From positions 5,642,001-5,706,000 of the forward strand of contig CM022675.1 of the NCBI GenBank assembly GCA_012295275.1: a stretch of DNA of 64,000 bases. Direction: 5' to 3'. The translations under genes and the position numbers were made by a program. Every line of letters starts with the position of its first letter. Position 1 is the first letter of the stretch. This DNA comes from Chrysomallon squamiferum (taxonomy: Eukaryota; Animalia; Mollusca). The notes under the pieces are model-generated. The model did not search any database. It worked only from the letters and a program-made list of their open reading frames with translations, and was not told the origin of the DNA. This document shows positions 1 to 15,600 of the stretch, piece after piece.

Positions 1-362
1 ATAAATAATCAAACTGAATATGAAGAAATAAATTAAGTATTCCCTTACCTCGAAAATAGTAGCAATTAACTAACCAATTTCTGCTAGTTTTTTTATTTTA
101 ATTTGCGCTGCGACTGCCATCCAACAACTAGCCTCGGTTTTAATCGCGTGATTCATAATCGCGCGTGAGTTCTAGAGATTATCACTTTGTAAACATACGT
201 CACCGTATCCAGTTAGTCCCGATTACGTTCATTAGCTGACATAATTATTTATTTATTTAGTGCAATTCATGTCAAGATCAAAATGGTTTAGGTCTTTTAG
301 ACTTTTTAACAAATTTAATCATATTTTTTAAATAAAAATTATTATTGTTGTTGTTGTTGTTG

Positions 363-403
<41 letters not shown>

Positions 404-451
404 TTTAGTAGTAGTAGTAGTATTGTTGTTGTTGTTGTTGTTGTTTTGTCC

Positions 452-695
452 TTAATATTTTAACCAAGTTACGCCAAATAACAAACATCGCAAACGGCAT
501 TTTGCTAATTAAACATTTAGAATATAGTTTTCCCGTTCTGTTTTATATGTATCAATGACTGTTACCTACATCTGATTCAGACGTGCACCATCCGTCCTCA
601 CATGTAAAAGCCTTATAACACAGTTATATATTTTTTCTATTTCGTTCCAGTAATTGCAATGTCGAATTACGCATATGCCATCCGCTTGATTTTAA

Positions 696-740
<45 letters not shown>
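452..740 (+). repeat. Dispersed ~250-330 bp repeat ending in an (AAT)n tail; other copies at ~34650-35010, ~35835-36130 and, inverted, ~41500-41858
   Basis: Shared core ttttcccgttctgttttatatgtatcaatgactgttacctaca..gattcagacgtgcaccatccg..tttcgttccagtaattgcaat. Confidence 0.8.
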
Positions 741-746
<6 letters not shown>

Positions 747-1939
747 AATAAATAAATGAAAATTAATAAGAAATTAAATGAAATATAATATATATTTAAA
801 ATGAATACCGACATTTAAAAAATAACAATGACATTTTTGAGTTACCTTTAACTGTATCATTAAATAAGTTGATCCTTTTAAAACAGTATTCAAAATATTA
901 AATTCAAATATAATAACATATAGACTTTCAACAAAAGCAGTGTTCTTTCCCTCAACTACTACACTGATCAGATGATTATGCCGAGCATTTCCGACCCCAG
1001 TATCATAGGTTGAAAAATTATTTTAAAACTCATCTTTCAAGGGCAAGTATCATTTGCATTGTTGTTTGCCCGAAAAAAAATTAACTTGCCCAGTAAACAA
1101 ATTTCTTTGTAAATACATGAATAAAGCATGTACATGCATAATATATATATATATATATTACATTACTTCTATTTGAGTGTATTATAAATATTATATCATA
1201 TTTAGTTACCAAAATTTAACATGTTGTATTTTACCATTTTAATATTTTTTTTTTCTGTCGCAAATTGAGTTTTACTAGCGACACGAAGCGATAATGGTAA
1301 AGCTGATATTTGGAACAATAAAACTAACATTAACGTCCGCAAAGGGTAAAAAACCCAACAAGAAACAAAAAGTGTACATCTAATTATCAGTATTCAATTT
1401 CAACAACGGCATTTGTCATATGTTATTTTTCGAACTCAAACCTCGTCACAACCATTTTTTCAAATCACCCTTCTTATAGAATATAGTGCAAGTAAAGTTA
1501 CAAATGGTGTTTGTGTGTTCCACGGTTTTTTTAGTTTTCTTAATGACAAACTTTCGGGTGTAATACTAAAATATATTTATAATCGTCCACGTACTGTAAC
1601 TGTAGTTGTAACTCATTCTTTCAGAGTCCGTGAAATTTACAAATATTTTATAGGTAAAGTATAAATCGTTTTACACTTGTCAGCCTCCTGTACTGAACTT
1701 ATCAACCAGCAAATAGCTCAATCATCGGTTAAAAATGCAAGTATCTGTGCGGTTACCGAAGAGGCAGATGTTGAACGATCTGAATCCTGTATTGATAATG
1801 ATAACAGCGGAACGGTTTCTATAGAGACAGATATGGAAGAATTTGAATCTTATTCTGAAATGCTAAAACTGGCATTGATACTCCATCAGTTCCAACGTAT
1901 GACGTTGCAGATATAGTCAAGATATAGAAAGATTGTTAA

Positions 1940-2860
1940 GAATAAGTGCTGATGAAAAATTAAAATACATCGAAACACACTTTAAGCATGCATCAAATTA
2001 CAAACGTTTTTGTGAACACACAGTGACGAAGGGACGCTGTAGCAATTCAAAGCATTAAAATGTCAGTCGTCGTGGCTAAAGCGATACACACGTTTGGTTT
2101 ACAGTCTGTCAGATGCTGGTGGATATCGTAAATATTGCGTGTTATTTCCTCCAGAAAACTGAAGATTGGTGAATGCAGTTCTTGTTAATAGACCATTCAC
2201 AAATCTCCAGAAAGCAAAAGGAAAACAAGGCATCCTTGATACACATAGGGAAATGGAATATCACAGTGAAGAATCAGAATTCAGAGTGGTTTGGCGATAC
2301 CGAGCAACTTGTTCACAAACTAGGTGGAACATTTTCCAAACTTCGGACAAGTCAACGGCAAAGCTGCTGTTAGATTACTATAGAAGAAACTTAGCTGTTC
2401 AGTCTTTGGACCATTGACAGTATGAAATGGAGACATCTTCTGACACTGAAACTATAACATACGCTAATATATTTGAACTTATACCATAATTATTGTTTTA
2501 AAAAGGCAACATATCTGATCTTTGTAATCAACTACTCTTTCGGCAAAACGACTTACCCTCCAACTTATACAGAAATTAAATTTTCGATATCGCATAACTC
2601 CAAATGTGAAGTTCAGCCATCCAGTCTGATCGAATGTCTTCGTGTCTGCGATCGAGAGGTGTTCACGATATTTATGAACTGCTGTGCATTGGCTGGGTGT
2701 CACCTGTGGGAACCTGTAAAGCAGAACGTTCTGTAGCAGAACTGACATGGATAAAGACGTACACAAGAACTACCAGTTTTAATGCACGTGCACCATGACA
2801 TTGAAATAGATGTATACAGTATAGCAGACATTTTCATTAAGAATGCAATAGGCGGCTATT
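1940..2860 (+). mobile_element. Decayed, internally deleted hAT transposase (THAP12/ZMYM1-like), copy 1
   Basis: Fragments across frames: SWLKRY..LVYS..AGGY.KYCVLFP..LVNRPFTNLQKA..LDTH..MEYH (N-terminal Zn-finger-like region), and SSLIECLRVCDREVF..VSPVGTCKAERS..WIKTY..LMHVHHDIEID (hAT C-terminal dimerisation region). Multiple stops and frameshifts. Confidence 0.75.
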
Positions 2861-3189
2861 TTCCAGTAACATTCTTTTTGAGTAAACTACAAAACTCCAG
2901 ACTATTTGTTAGGCCAGAAAATGTATGTGACAGTGGTGATATTTTTCGTTTGAATTTTTTCAAACATTTATATTAAACTTTATAGTCATAAGAATCCACT
3001 TCGTCAGTATATGTGTGCTATAAGTCTGATATTAAAACTTGTATTTTCATTCTTCGAGGATGGATTTTATCGTACAATCACCTATTTTGAACTGTTAAAG
3101 GTAAGTACATGTAATTATATTTAATCAAACATTGTAAAACTTATGTGTACAAATTAAAGCTACGTTCTGTAAAATATTTAAGTGTCTAT

Positions 3190-4643
3190 GCAGTTACAAG
3201 AAACAGGTCGGTTCTGTCTCGAAGCTGCAACGCATTCACTTTCTGTTCTCAGTTTATCTACGTTCCAGACAAACGCTATATAGGCCATTTCAAACGATCA
3301 GATTGGTCCAGTCCGCCTTCCCTTTCCGCTTCCAACTTCCAATGGGGTCACAACCCGGTGTCAGAGTCGGAATGAAGCTTCTGCAAAGAATTTGCTATCA
3401 TCACAGTTAATGAGCGCACATACGACTTAAAAGATTGAGTCTAAAATCTTACAGTATCAGACTGAACTACGCGCAGATAACTCTCATCAAGGGCGACAAC
3501 TCCATTTTCAGGAGTTCTCTCCTCTCACGCCGACTGAATTAAAGAAGAACTGGAAGTCTTCCTATTACACGACATTATGTAAGGTCGGAAAGGTCATTTC
3601 CGCCAGTATTATTACTCAGTTGACGGCATGCATAAAATAAAATATAAGATAAATTTTATTGATGCATAATTATTAAAGAATAAATAAAATTAAAATACTT
3701 ATCAATAATAGATATTGAATAATACATTATTCACAATTTTTGAATTTATAAATAAAATGAAAATACTTTAATTAATAACAGTGAATGGTATAATTTATAT
3801 CATTTATTACAATTCATTTTTCAAAATCACATTAAATTACAAGTAAATATAAAAATAATATATTACAATCAATAAAGATAATACAATAAAAATATGATAA
3901 TTAAGTACATATCACCATTTAATAAAATATACGATCAAAATAAAAATAAAACAAAAGTTAAATAATAAATAAATAAATAAATAAATAAGTATATAAAGAA
4001 ATGTATATTATTTTAAACTATTTCATCAAGTCTTTTTACTTTTAAGTAATTCATTAAATTTATTTCTTAATATTCAGACAACACTCTTTAATAATCTTTT
4101 CTGCTTCTTCTTTTCCAAAACTCCCCACTAAATATGTCTTACAAAAAGTAGTAGACTTGAATAATACATAAGGTACATACAATGCTCGTAAGCTCACTTT
4201 ATTCTTTTCTTCTATTGGCTTATTTATATTCTTTACTAAATATAAATAATCACTGGCCTTTTTATCATTACAAGGTAATGTTCTTTTATACATTCCCAAT
4301 AAATGAGGGTCAGTTGATCCGAGAAAGATGTATTCGTGCCTCCTAAGTACAGACAAACCTTCCATAAGATCCTCACCATCTACTCTTTCAAAAGATAGAC
4401 TGAATACATTGTTTCAGGCCAACAGATAATTTTTCATCTTTTAATAGTAAGATCACTGAATTTCATCACTTTATAAAACCTATTTCATAGCACGTGCATG
4501 TGTGTGTACTCGGGACAACTCACCTTATCAGACGGACAGATGGAATACGACTTCTTTCTCTTTTGCATTTTCTCTTTCGATCTATGAATGAAAGAAATTG
4601 TACTCACATCGTCCGGATAAGGTGGAAAACCAAAATCTTTTGC
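3190..4643. pseudogene. Truncated copy of the unknown intronless ORF block
   Basis: Near-identical to 38150-39578; the remainder is absent and replaced by a short filler at about 4643-4700. Confidence 0.4.
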
Positions 4644-5654
4644 ACGATGAAAGAATCGGAATATTGGAAAATGTGAAAACTTTTTTTTTTAACAAGAATT
4701 TTATTTTTATGGACATAAGGAAGGAAAAAGAATATATAATTTTGAAGGTAGATGTATAACTGGCTTCGTCTCGATAAAAACTGAATGACTAAAACTTCTC
4801 AGAGGTGATTGGCTTGTTTCAACATTATTTATTACTGTTGTTTCCTTTTTCTGGTTTTTTTTCCAGTACAAATGCAGTGCTGACGTTGGTTTGACAATAT
4901 TTGTAGAAGAAAATGCAGATCGCTATTATAAAAAAGGGAGATAATTAAAGTACTGTATGTCTCACAGAGTTATCTTCACAAATGATATCTTATTTGTCCA
5001 AACTGCTAGGAAGTTTGTCAAGTAAGATTTTATTATCATTGTTGTTGTTTGTATTATTAATATTTCATTGTTGTTGTTGTTATTATCATTTTTATTATTA
5101 TTATTATATACATTCTTAAAAACTATAAACACATGGGTATGTATATGAATAGTCAGATCAACACATTTTGGTAGTATAGTAAGACAGGAAACATACACAC
5201 ACACACAAACATCTTTATTTAAAATTCTTTATGATAAACATTCATATATAGTGTAATTATGCTCTGAAAAACAGTTGAAATGGAACTCTCCAGGTTTCCT
5301 TGAATCTGGAGTTACCTGCCCTGCTGACTCAGACGTCCCTCCACAGAAAGAGTTATCTCTGAGAGCCCCTTGTTGTGCATTTTCATTTTCACCAAATGTT
5401 TATGCAATAATATTTTACCTCGTTTTTGTATTTTTCGTACGTACATCATCTTGATGTATAGCTAGCTTTTAAAGCGTTTTACTTGTTTTTAATTTAATTT
5501 TATTTGAGTAGACATGTTTATTTTTAGACCCAGTATTTTAAAGATGTTATATTAGTTATCATGTCAGAGAAAAACAGATCTCTAGAGTTAATTATTCTAA
5601 TTTCTGGTGCTTATGTCTTCTGTGCATTGCTCTCAGTATTTCTTTGTTTCTGTT

Positions 5655-5734
5655 TCTGTGTGTGTGTGTGTGTGTGTATGTCTGTGCATGTGTGTGTGTG
5701 TGTGTGAGTGTGTGTGTGAGAGAGAGAGAGAGAG

Positions 5735-5812
<78 letters not shown>
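5655..5812. repeat. Compound microsatellite (TG)n(AG)n(AT)n(AG)n
   Basis: Directly visible. Confidence 0.97.
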
Positions 5813-5815
<3 letters not shown>

Positions 5816-6068
5816 ACAATGAGGTGTTTACTTTAACTGACTTTACTGCAATACACTCTTTAGACATCAGTTTTGATAAAACTGTATTTGATTACTTACT
5901 GTTTTACTGTCTTCACATTAAACATTTTAAATATTGTAGATGCCTTATTCGGCATTTATTTTCAATAACATCATGAATACACGTTTATCTGTTAATGTGC
6001 ACTGATTTACATTGTGCTGTTTTGATGATTTTGTTTTTAATACATAAATACATTACGTGTGTGTGTGT

Positions 6069-6127
<59 letters not shown>

Positions 6128-9100
6128 GGCGTGTGTCTATGTCTTAATCCAATAAGTGCCAACAGTACGCAACCATATCGTATATTTCTGCAGTGTTATC
6201 ATTATTTATATGGTAAAAAATAAAATGATTGACTTTGCAGTTTTTCTTAAAGTGCTTTATGTATAAGTTCTACTTACGATTATAAACTGTTTTTGTACGC
6301 TAGATTTTGCATAGAAAGAATGTGACAGGGACAGAAAAACTGCAAATAATGAAGGATGGGAAAAAGAAAGAATGTTACTAATTTACTAAAATACTGTAGT
6401 ATAAACGTTTTTCATCACGTGTATTATTTTCACATCATATCAATATGTTTGTTAGAAAATTCTATTTTATATGTATGTTCATTTTGAACTTATGAATTAC
6501 TGGTGCTTTTTATAAATGTTTTTGAGCAATAGTAATGGGGGATATTTGCTTTTTATTCTCAAAATCTATATTTGAACTTACGAAATTGTTTTAATATCGT
6601 ACACTGTATTAATGAAAATATGAATAGAAGAGGAACTTTTATCAATATTTTATAGTATTTTTAAAACATCAAGCATTCTTTTGATGTTGGTTATCTTTCC
6701 AGTTTTTTTAAAGATGAATGGCTTTTTAAAGTCTTCGGTTTTTGCACATTTTTGTTCATTTAATTTTTTGTTTGTTTGTAAAGGAGTCAATGTGTTTCAT
6801 TTCTTTCTCTTTTTGTTTAAATTTTATTTTTATGTCTACCTGTTTACCTATATTAGACTGACAGGTAGATTAATGTAAGTCACAGTAAATACAGAGTTCC
6901 TTTGTTTATGAAGAATTGTTCCTCCGTTTCATTTTTCCATTATACATTTTATTATATTGGTCTGGATAGATTAATGTAAAGTGAACATAATTCCAGAGTT
7001 TCTTTTGTCTTCAAATGAAACATGGATTTACAAATATCTCACTTAATTTTTTTATTACATGTTTTAACATTTTGTGTATGTTTATGAGAAAGACAGTTGT
7101 GAAGGCATGTGTGTGTTTATTTTTATTTGTGTTCCGTATATTGTTACAAGTGTATATTTATATTTGTTTTTGTTGTCGTTATTCTGTGAGTATATGGCTG
7201 AAATGTTTTTTGAAATTGAAAATTTGACATGTTCCACATGAAGCTTGTTTTTTGTTTTTTTTTTTCTCGACATTACTCAGAGAACTACAGTAGCATTTTA
7301 GATCTTGTATTCTAATTTATTCAAGAATAGCGTGTTCAGTGTAGTTATCCTTTGTATTGAATAAATTATATATACCATGTAACACCAGTTTGTTTTCTGA
7401 GTCCTTTAACTGATAGCTGTTAAGTAGATGGAATTTTGTTGTTTTTCTTTTTCTTTTTTATCTTTTGATGTTATTTCTTAATTTCTGATTTATAAAATTA
7501 TTTTAATTGTTCGTTTCTCTTTTTTCTTGTACTTATTTATTTAATTTCTCATTATTGTTGTTGTTCTTATTTATTTATTGTTTTTATTTTATTGTTTTTA
7601 TACTACTTATAAAAACCTACTCTGTTTACTTTGTTTTGTGCATTTAGAGCAAGATGCATGCTGATGATCAACAATCGATCTGATTTCATAACTCAACTAT
7701 GGAAATCGCTAGGTTGAAAAGAAAAAAAATGTTTACATAATCAGAAATCTACATACTGATTCCTTCAGAATGACAGAGCAAAATGAAAACAACAGTTAAA
7801 TGTTTACAAACAGTAGTTATTTGAGAACATGAATATGCCGAACCTAAATATGTTATGATAAAGTTCAAGAGAAAAGTTTCATTGTAGCAGAAAGCATCTT
7901 CTGCAAGAGACTTCCAGTTTGGTTTGTTTTATATAAATTATTAGCTGCTGCTTGGAAAATCAATTTTTGAAAATGTTATTCCATTTCTTTAATAATGTAT
8001 AAATAAAGACTTAAGTAAAAATATGCTAATAAGAAAAAAAAATACATGAAGACTCAGATTAAAATATTTATTGTATTTAATAGTTAATAGTGTATAGAAA
8101 AATGATAATAGTAATAATGAAATCTACGTAATTTGTACATTTCTATATATATATAATCTTTCTTTCTTTTTCTCTATGTGTATCTGTTTATCTATAACGC
8201 AATCCCCCTAAGAGGCATCTAATTAATATGTGTGTGTGTGTGTGTGTGTTTGTGTGTGTCAATTACTTTACAGTTGTCCACACTATTTCATATAATTGTG
8301 CAGCTAATATTACATGGTAGCCATAAATGAAAAGAAATTCAATTTAAAAAAACCCACAAAAAATCAAAAAAAAAAGAAGAAAAGAAACACAACAAAACAA
8401 TAACACCAAACATTAATTTAACAATAAAATAAAATAAATAAACAAATAATAATAATCATCATCAACATCATAAAAGCAAAAATAGTTTCTCAATCAAAAA
8501 CACTAAGCTGCGATTCCTTAAATGAAACGATTATAAATGCTATAATAAAAACTTAAATCCTAGTTTATTTTTCATTTGATGACAAACTCATAAGAAATAG
8601 ACTTTGTAATATTTTCTCTTTCATGATTGTGTAAATCAGTTTTTATTTATTTACTTCTGTGACTGCTAACCTATTAATTCTTATATATTACGTGAATTAA
8701 ATTTTATAATAAAATTAACACATTTACTTTCTTGATACATTTGAAATAATTACTTAAATCAACAAATGTAAATAGTAACTAAATGAATACTAAATTATTG
8801 TTAGAAATAAAAGGATAGAAAACTAATTAAATAAATAAGCAAATTACTTTAGGAATAATCTACAAAATTACACCAAGGTAATAATAATAATAATGACAAA
8901 CAGTTCTTGAAAATAAATAAACAAAATATATGCATCAAAATCAATAAGATACACAAGTATTATAATGGAAAAATGCTGTTTAATTTAAAAAATTATATTT
9001 TAAGATCGGTATGTGATAAAACATCAGGAATAATGCAAATTTAATATGTCATCAGCTGAAGTATTTTAACAGTGAAAACAACAACTGAACATAAAAATAA

Positions 9101-9623
9101 AAAATACGAGAAAATATTCAAGGAAAATGTAGTGGAAGCATATTTGTACAAATATATTATAAATCAACAAAGTAGTAGTAGTGATAACAACAACAGCAAA
9201 AGATAAAAAAGCTTTTTTAAACAATACAACAAAAAGAAAAAACAAGTCTAAGTAATTAATAAAAGCTAATACCAAATCCTGTTCAAAAAAAAAAAAAAAA
9301 AAAAAAAAACAGTAAAAAAATTAAAAATGATATTAATGAAAATAATAAATTGGGTTAGGGCTAGAAAGTTTTTGCTTGTTTTCTTCTTAAAAAAATAAGT
9401 GTCTTCAATGTCAAAGTGTACTTTTAGTAAACACATTCGAGTTTCAACTGAAATATTTTAACAAAGTCAAAACAATTATTATTATACATAAAAACAATAT
9501 ATATTCAAGAGGAAAATATACTGGAATCATATCTGGATTAGATACATCATAAATCAACAATATAGTGTTAGTAGTAGTAGTAATAACAAAGAGAGAGATA
9601 TGTTTTAAACATATCCATAAAAC

Positions 9624-9684
<61 letters not shown>

Positions 9685-12602
9685 CATAATAATAATAATG
9701 AAAAACATAAATAAAATGGCGTCATATATGTATCAAGAATTTTGTTTTCACTTTTGAAGTGCACTTTCAGTAAAGACACTGAGTAAACAAAAAATTTAAC
9801 AAAAAATAAGAAATTAGATAAAAACCAGTCAGTTAAAAAATGTACATATTTTTAAGACATAACTATCTGAAAACATTACATAAACAATAAAGCCAGATGA
9901 AACAGTTACAAATATTTCACAAGTCAATGTCTATCAGAATGAAGTACATAATTAAGATAAACTTCATACCTCAGAAATTACAAACATAAATTAGTTTCCT
10001 TCACAACTACAGTTATATTCATTATTATCCACACCTGTTTCAAACAAAACTATTTGAACATTTATTTTGGAATATTAATTTTCATTTGATTAAATAATCT
10101 GTCTCAAAATGGGAAGAAGAATTCAGTGAAATGTTATTCGAGACGGCAAACTGAGTCAGTTGTCACTCATAAAATACAAAAGTAGCAACAGGAATATCAC
10201 TTCTGTTTTAAGTATTCTCAGTTTTGTTAATGTATATAATATAAATTATCTAACACCTGCAATTAGTAATCGTCTCATACTAACAATCATCATTATTTAT
10301 CTGAACAAAACTAAGAACAAAATATTATTATAATAATCTTGCCCCTTCTATCAGGGATATCCCCGATATCCTGTTATCACTGAAAAGCCAGAAATATCTT
10401 GTTTGTTATTTTGTAGAAGTTGTTATCATATTAACAGTGATATCATGATCAACGAAAGTAAATAATTTATAAAGATAAACAAAATGTCTTGTTGCCAAGA
10501 TACAGATGATGGTGTGGCATATCCAGTATGTTGATTGGCGTATGAACTCTGTGCTAAGCTTTCTCGGTATTCTAAAGACAGCACCCCCTTTCACTAAACA
10601 CATGCTTAAATAAGTAATTTTGTATTTCACTTTCATTTGCTAAATGATTTATAGCAGTTTACAGTTAATAGTAAAGTAGTTTTTTGTTTGTTTGTTGTTG
10701 TTTTTTTTTTCAGTTCAGAAGAAATGTCTTTTAGATGTATTTGCTTTGTATCCCTGTCCTATTGATAATCATCATTAATTATAGATGATTCTTTATATAA
10801 AGATCATTCTTTATGTAAACCAAATAAAGAAAAACACACTTTTAAAATTATAATATTCTACCATATCCCAATTAGGATATCCCCAACATACTTCTGTTTT
10901 GAATCCTCATTTACAAGAACGTTTTTCATTATAGACATGGGACAAAGCCCAAGTGAATAGTTTGTTCTCAGATTCTGACGAAGGTAGTGATGAATATGGA
11001 GTTTCAATTCTTGCTGATTCAGATAACCAGAATGGGACTGACAAGATCAGTGATGATTACATTGATAGTGCTAGAAAAACACAATCGATTTATTAGAATC
11101 TCTAAAGGAATGAACTGTTTTTGTTGTCAAGGATCAGAGAATTGGAGAAACTAGAAAAACGCATTCAAAATAAATGATGGAAAATCCCATTATGAGATTT
11201 TTGACCAAAATACCATTTATCATTTAAGATTGTGTATGGCTTCATTAACATATTATGAAAAGAATTCGATTATTTTGGGAAGTTCCTTTCTGATCAACAA
11301 AGGAGACTCCACAGTGGTGTAAAAAAACAACAACCAAAAAACAACACTCAACCCATCCCCTAAAAAAAGCCCTGCATCTTGAGTATAAATGTAAGAAAAT
11401 CATCGTACTGTTCATAAACTGATTTTAAATCCAGACTCCATTTTTGAGAAGAAATATTCTGATACTGGTCAAGAATTGGTGACCTTGCTTAATTTAAGAC
11501 AGCTCCAACCAAAGAAATAATTATGTCACTAGGACTGGACAGGAAACACCAACACTATTTGTATAAACACATCTAGAAGCAATGAATACAGCCCATCAAA
11601 AACCAGCAGACTGTGACGAATCGAGTAATAGTGATGAAAGAACAGACTTCTGTGAAGAGATATGGTAGTACAACGAAAAAAAAAGAATTTGAATGATAAA
11701 ACACTCAAGTTATGACACCATTTTCATATTTCTTAACTTAGAAACATAAAATTGAAATTCTGAATTTCTTTATTATTAATTATTAAAAAATCACATTTTG
11801 AGAATTTCAAAGAATTTTTATAATAATAATTTTTAAAAATAATAATACAAATTAAATAAATCAATATAAAAATCACATTTATTTGTTGTTGTTGTTTTTA
11901 AATATCAAAACCTATTTCAGAGAATATTATTTTTCATAGAATTATTTCTGTATTGCTTTATGATGAAATGTTTTCAGGAAAGAAAAATAACTGAATTTAA
12001 AAACATATATATAGTATTATTTTTTTTTTCAAAGAAATCTTTTTTCTTAAACTTTATTTGAGTCCAGCTAAATCTAAATTAATTTGTTGAAATTATTTTT
12101 AAAATATAATTGTCAATATCACTGAAAACATTCAAAATAAAAATGTATATAATTTTCTGATTTTACCAATGTACATTGTTTTATTTTTATAATGAAATGT
12201 GGATTCCAAAATGAATAGCATTACAAATAAAGAAGCAACTATTTAGCTTTCACACTTTGTTCACATATCATTTGTGTGAAATTTTGGTGACTTTTAACAA
12301 TAAACAAGTGATTGCTAACGACACACATCGCAAATGACACAACTTCTTTAAAGTCAATTTTCTCCAAGATGACTATACTCTCAAAGATGGATTCGGAACA
12401 CATTTTTGTCAATTTTCGAGATGTCTTAGAAATTTTGGTCTTATTTTACAGATGATGGTCTCAACAACATTTCTATCTAAAATCATTTTTCACATTTTGG
12501 AACGTCACCAATTTTCCTGTCACCAGTCAAATTACATTTGTCTCCATGCTGTAGTAAATATTATTAGTATTAGTTTTATTTATACAAAATACGTTTTATC
12601 AT

Positions 12603-15600
12603 TTAATTTTCCTTAGCACTATGACTCAATAAATAGGAAACAATCTTCTGTTTTTCCCTAAGTCTACCACCAACCATCTTGAGAGGTGTTTGTCCCATAG
12701 CATTAGGAGTGTTTACATCAACACCTCTTTCCACAAGGGCCTTCACAACTTCTGTTAATCCACGTATAGCTGCTACATGTAAGGCAGAATTTGTATCATT
12801 GTCTATTACATTAGGATCAGCTCCATGTTCCAGTAAATACAAAGCTGTTTTCCCCATTCTTTTATTAAGAGCTGTAAAAAGAGGAGTTACATCTTCATTG
12901 TTTTTGATATTTACATCAACACCTCTTTCCATAAGTGCCCGCACAACTGCTGTTAATCCATGTTTAGCTGCTATATGTAAGGCAGAATTTGTATCATTGT
13001 CTATGACATTAGGATCAGCTCCATGTTCCAGTAAATACAAAGCTGTTTTGTACTGTTTGCTGTTCATAACTATAAGAAGAGGAGTTTTACCTTTATTGTT
13101 TTTAATATTTACATCAACACTTTTATTAATCAAGGCTCTGACAATTTCTGTATTTCCCTCCTTAGCTGCTATGTGTAAAACAGAATTGTTATGTCTGTCT
13201 TTTAAATGAGGATCAGCTCCATGTTCCAGTAAATACACAACTACGTTGTTCTGTTTAGAGTGAACAGCTGTAAAAAGAGGAGTTTTACCTTCACTGTTTT
13301 TAATATTCATATCAACACCGTTTTTTATCAGTGTCGTCACAATTTCTATATTTCCTTCTTTAACTGCTGTGTGTAAAACAGAATTATTAGATCTGTCTTT
13401 TAAATTAGGGTCAGCTCCATGTTGCAGCAAATAAACAACAACTTCATTGTGTCTGTAGTTTACAGCTGTATAAAGAGGAGTTTCAAGTTCTTTGTTTACA
13501 ATATTTACTTTAGCACCTTTTTCAATCAGAGCTTTCAGAATTTCCATATTTCGCTGTTTAACTGCTATGTGTAAAGGCGAATTGCTATCAGTGTCTGTTA
13601 AATTAGGATCAGCTCCATGCTCCAGTAAGTACAAAACAACATTGCAATATATATCTTTTAAAGGTGGACAATAGCTAATATAATTTATAGTTGTAAGGAG
13701 AGGCGTTTTACCTTCTTTGTTTCTAATATTTACTTTAGCACAGTTTTCAATCAAAGTTGTCACACTTTCTATATTTCTATTTTTAATTGCCATGTGTAAA
13801 CAAGAATTCTTACATCTGTCTGTTAAATTAGGATCAGCTCCATGTTCCAGCAAATACAAAACTACTTTATTTTTGTAAGAGTTTACAGCGCTAAATAGAG
13901 CAGTTTCACCTTCATTGTTTCTAATGTTTACATCAACACCTTTTTCAATTAGTGATGTCACTATTTCTATTTTTCCACGTTTAGCTGCTAAGTGTAAAAC
14001 AGAATTGTTATTACTGTCTATTAAAATAGGTTCAGCTCCCTGTGCCAGTAAATACAAAATTATTTCGCAATGTTTATCATCAAAGCATGTACCATCTGGA
14101 TATCTGTTTATAGCTGTATAAAGAGGGGTTTCACCTCTATTGTTCTTAATATTGACATCAACACCTTTTTCTATGAGTGCTTTAAAAATGTGTATTTTTT
14201 TTTGTTTAGGTGCTATGTGTAAAACAGAATTGTTATCATTGTCTGTTATTTTAGGATCAGCTCCTTGTTCCAGTAAGTAGAAAAATACTGCACAACGTCC
14301 ATCATTAAAAGAATCATACCAGAGGTATTCATGATTTATAGCTGCAAGCAGAGCTGTTTCACCGCTATTGTTTTTGATATTTAGATCAACACCTTTTTCG
14401 ATAAGAGCTGTCACAATCTTTACATTTCCCAGATTAGAAGCTATGTGTAAAACAGAATTGTTTTTACTGTCTGTTAAATTAGGATCAGCTCTATGTTCCA
14501 GTAAGTACAAAACTACTTTGATTTGATTTGCTCTAAAAAGAGCAGTTTCACCTTTATTGTTTCTAATGTTTACATCAACACCTTTTTCTATTAGTGCTAT
14601 CACAACTTCAATATTTCCATGTTTAGCTGCGAAGTGTAAAGCAGAATTGTTATCACTGTCTGTTAAAAAAGGATCAGCTCCATGTTCCAGCAAAGAGAAA
14701 ACTACTGCACAATGTTCATAATTACGAGAATCATGACAGAGGTATTGATAATTTGTTGCTGTAAGAAGAGGAGTTTCACCATCATTGTTTCTAATGTTTA
14801 CATCAGCACCTTTTTCTATCAGCGCTGTCACAATTTCTATTTTTCCATATTTAGCTGCTAGATGTAAAACAGAACTGTTACAAGTGTCTGTTAAATTAGG
14901 ATCAGCTCCATGTTCCAGTAAATACAAAAATACTTTGTCCTGTCCGTAGTTGGCAGCTGTAAGAAGAGGAGTTTGACCGTCATTGTTTTTAATATTGACA
15001 TCAGCACCTTTCTCGATCAGTGCTTTCACAGTTTCTATTTTTCCATACTTAGCTGCTAGATGTAAAACAGAACTGTTATCACTGTCTGTTAACATAGGAT
15101 CAGCTCCTTGTTCCAACAAACACAAAATTATAGTCCAGGGATCATGATCAAAGTCCTCAACGTATTCATCATATTCATCAAAGCATATACCCATAAGTTC
15201 AAGAAGAGGAGTTTTACCTGTATTGCTTTTAATATTAACGTCAGCACCTTTTTCAATCAGTGCTGTCACTATCTCTAATTCTCCATACTTAGCTGCTATG
15301 TGTAAAGCAGACTTGTTATCACTGTCTGTTAAATTAGGATCACCTCCATGTTCCAGTACACAGAAAACAACATGGATGTGTTTGAACTCCACAGCTGTAA
15401 AAAGAGGAGTTTTACCTTCTCTGTTTCTAATATTTATATCAACACCTTTTTCTATCAGCGCTGTCACAATTTCTATTTCTCCTTGTTCAGCTGTTATGTG
15501 TAAAGGCAAATTCTTATCAATGTCTGTTATATTTGGATCAGCTCCATGGTCCAGTAGATAGAAAACAACATGGTTGTGTTTGTACTCCACAGCTGTAAAA

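Noticed and set aside
5611-5976. ORFs rich in SL, ER, CV, HT or polyI/F (also 22389-22656, 23336-23596, 30824-31153, 33377-33649, 63703-63989)
   Set aside because: Translations of microsatellites and low-complexity DNA.
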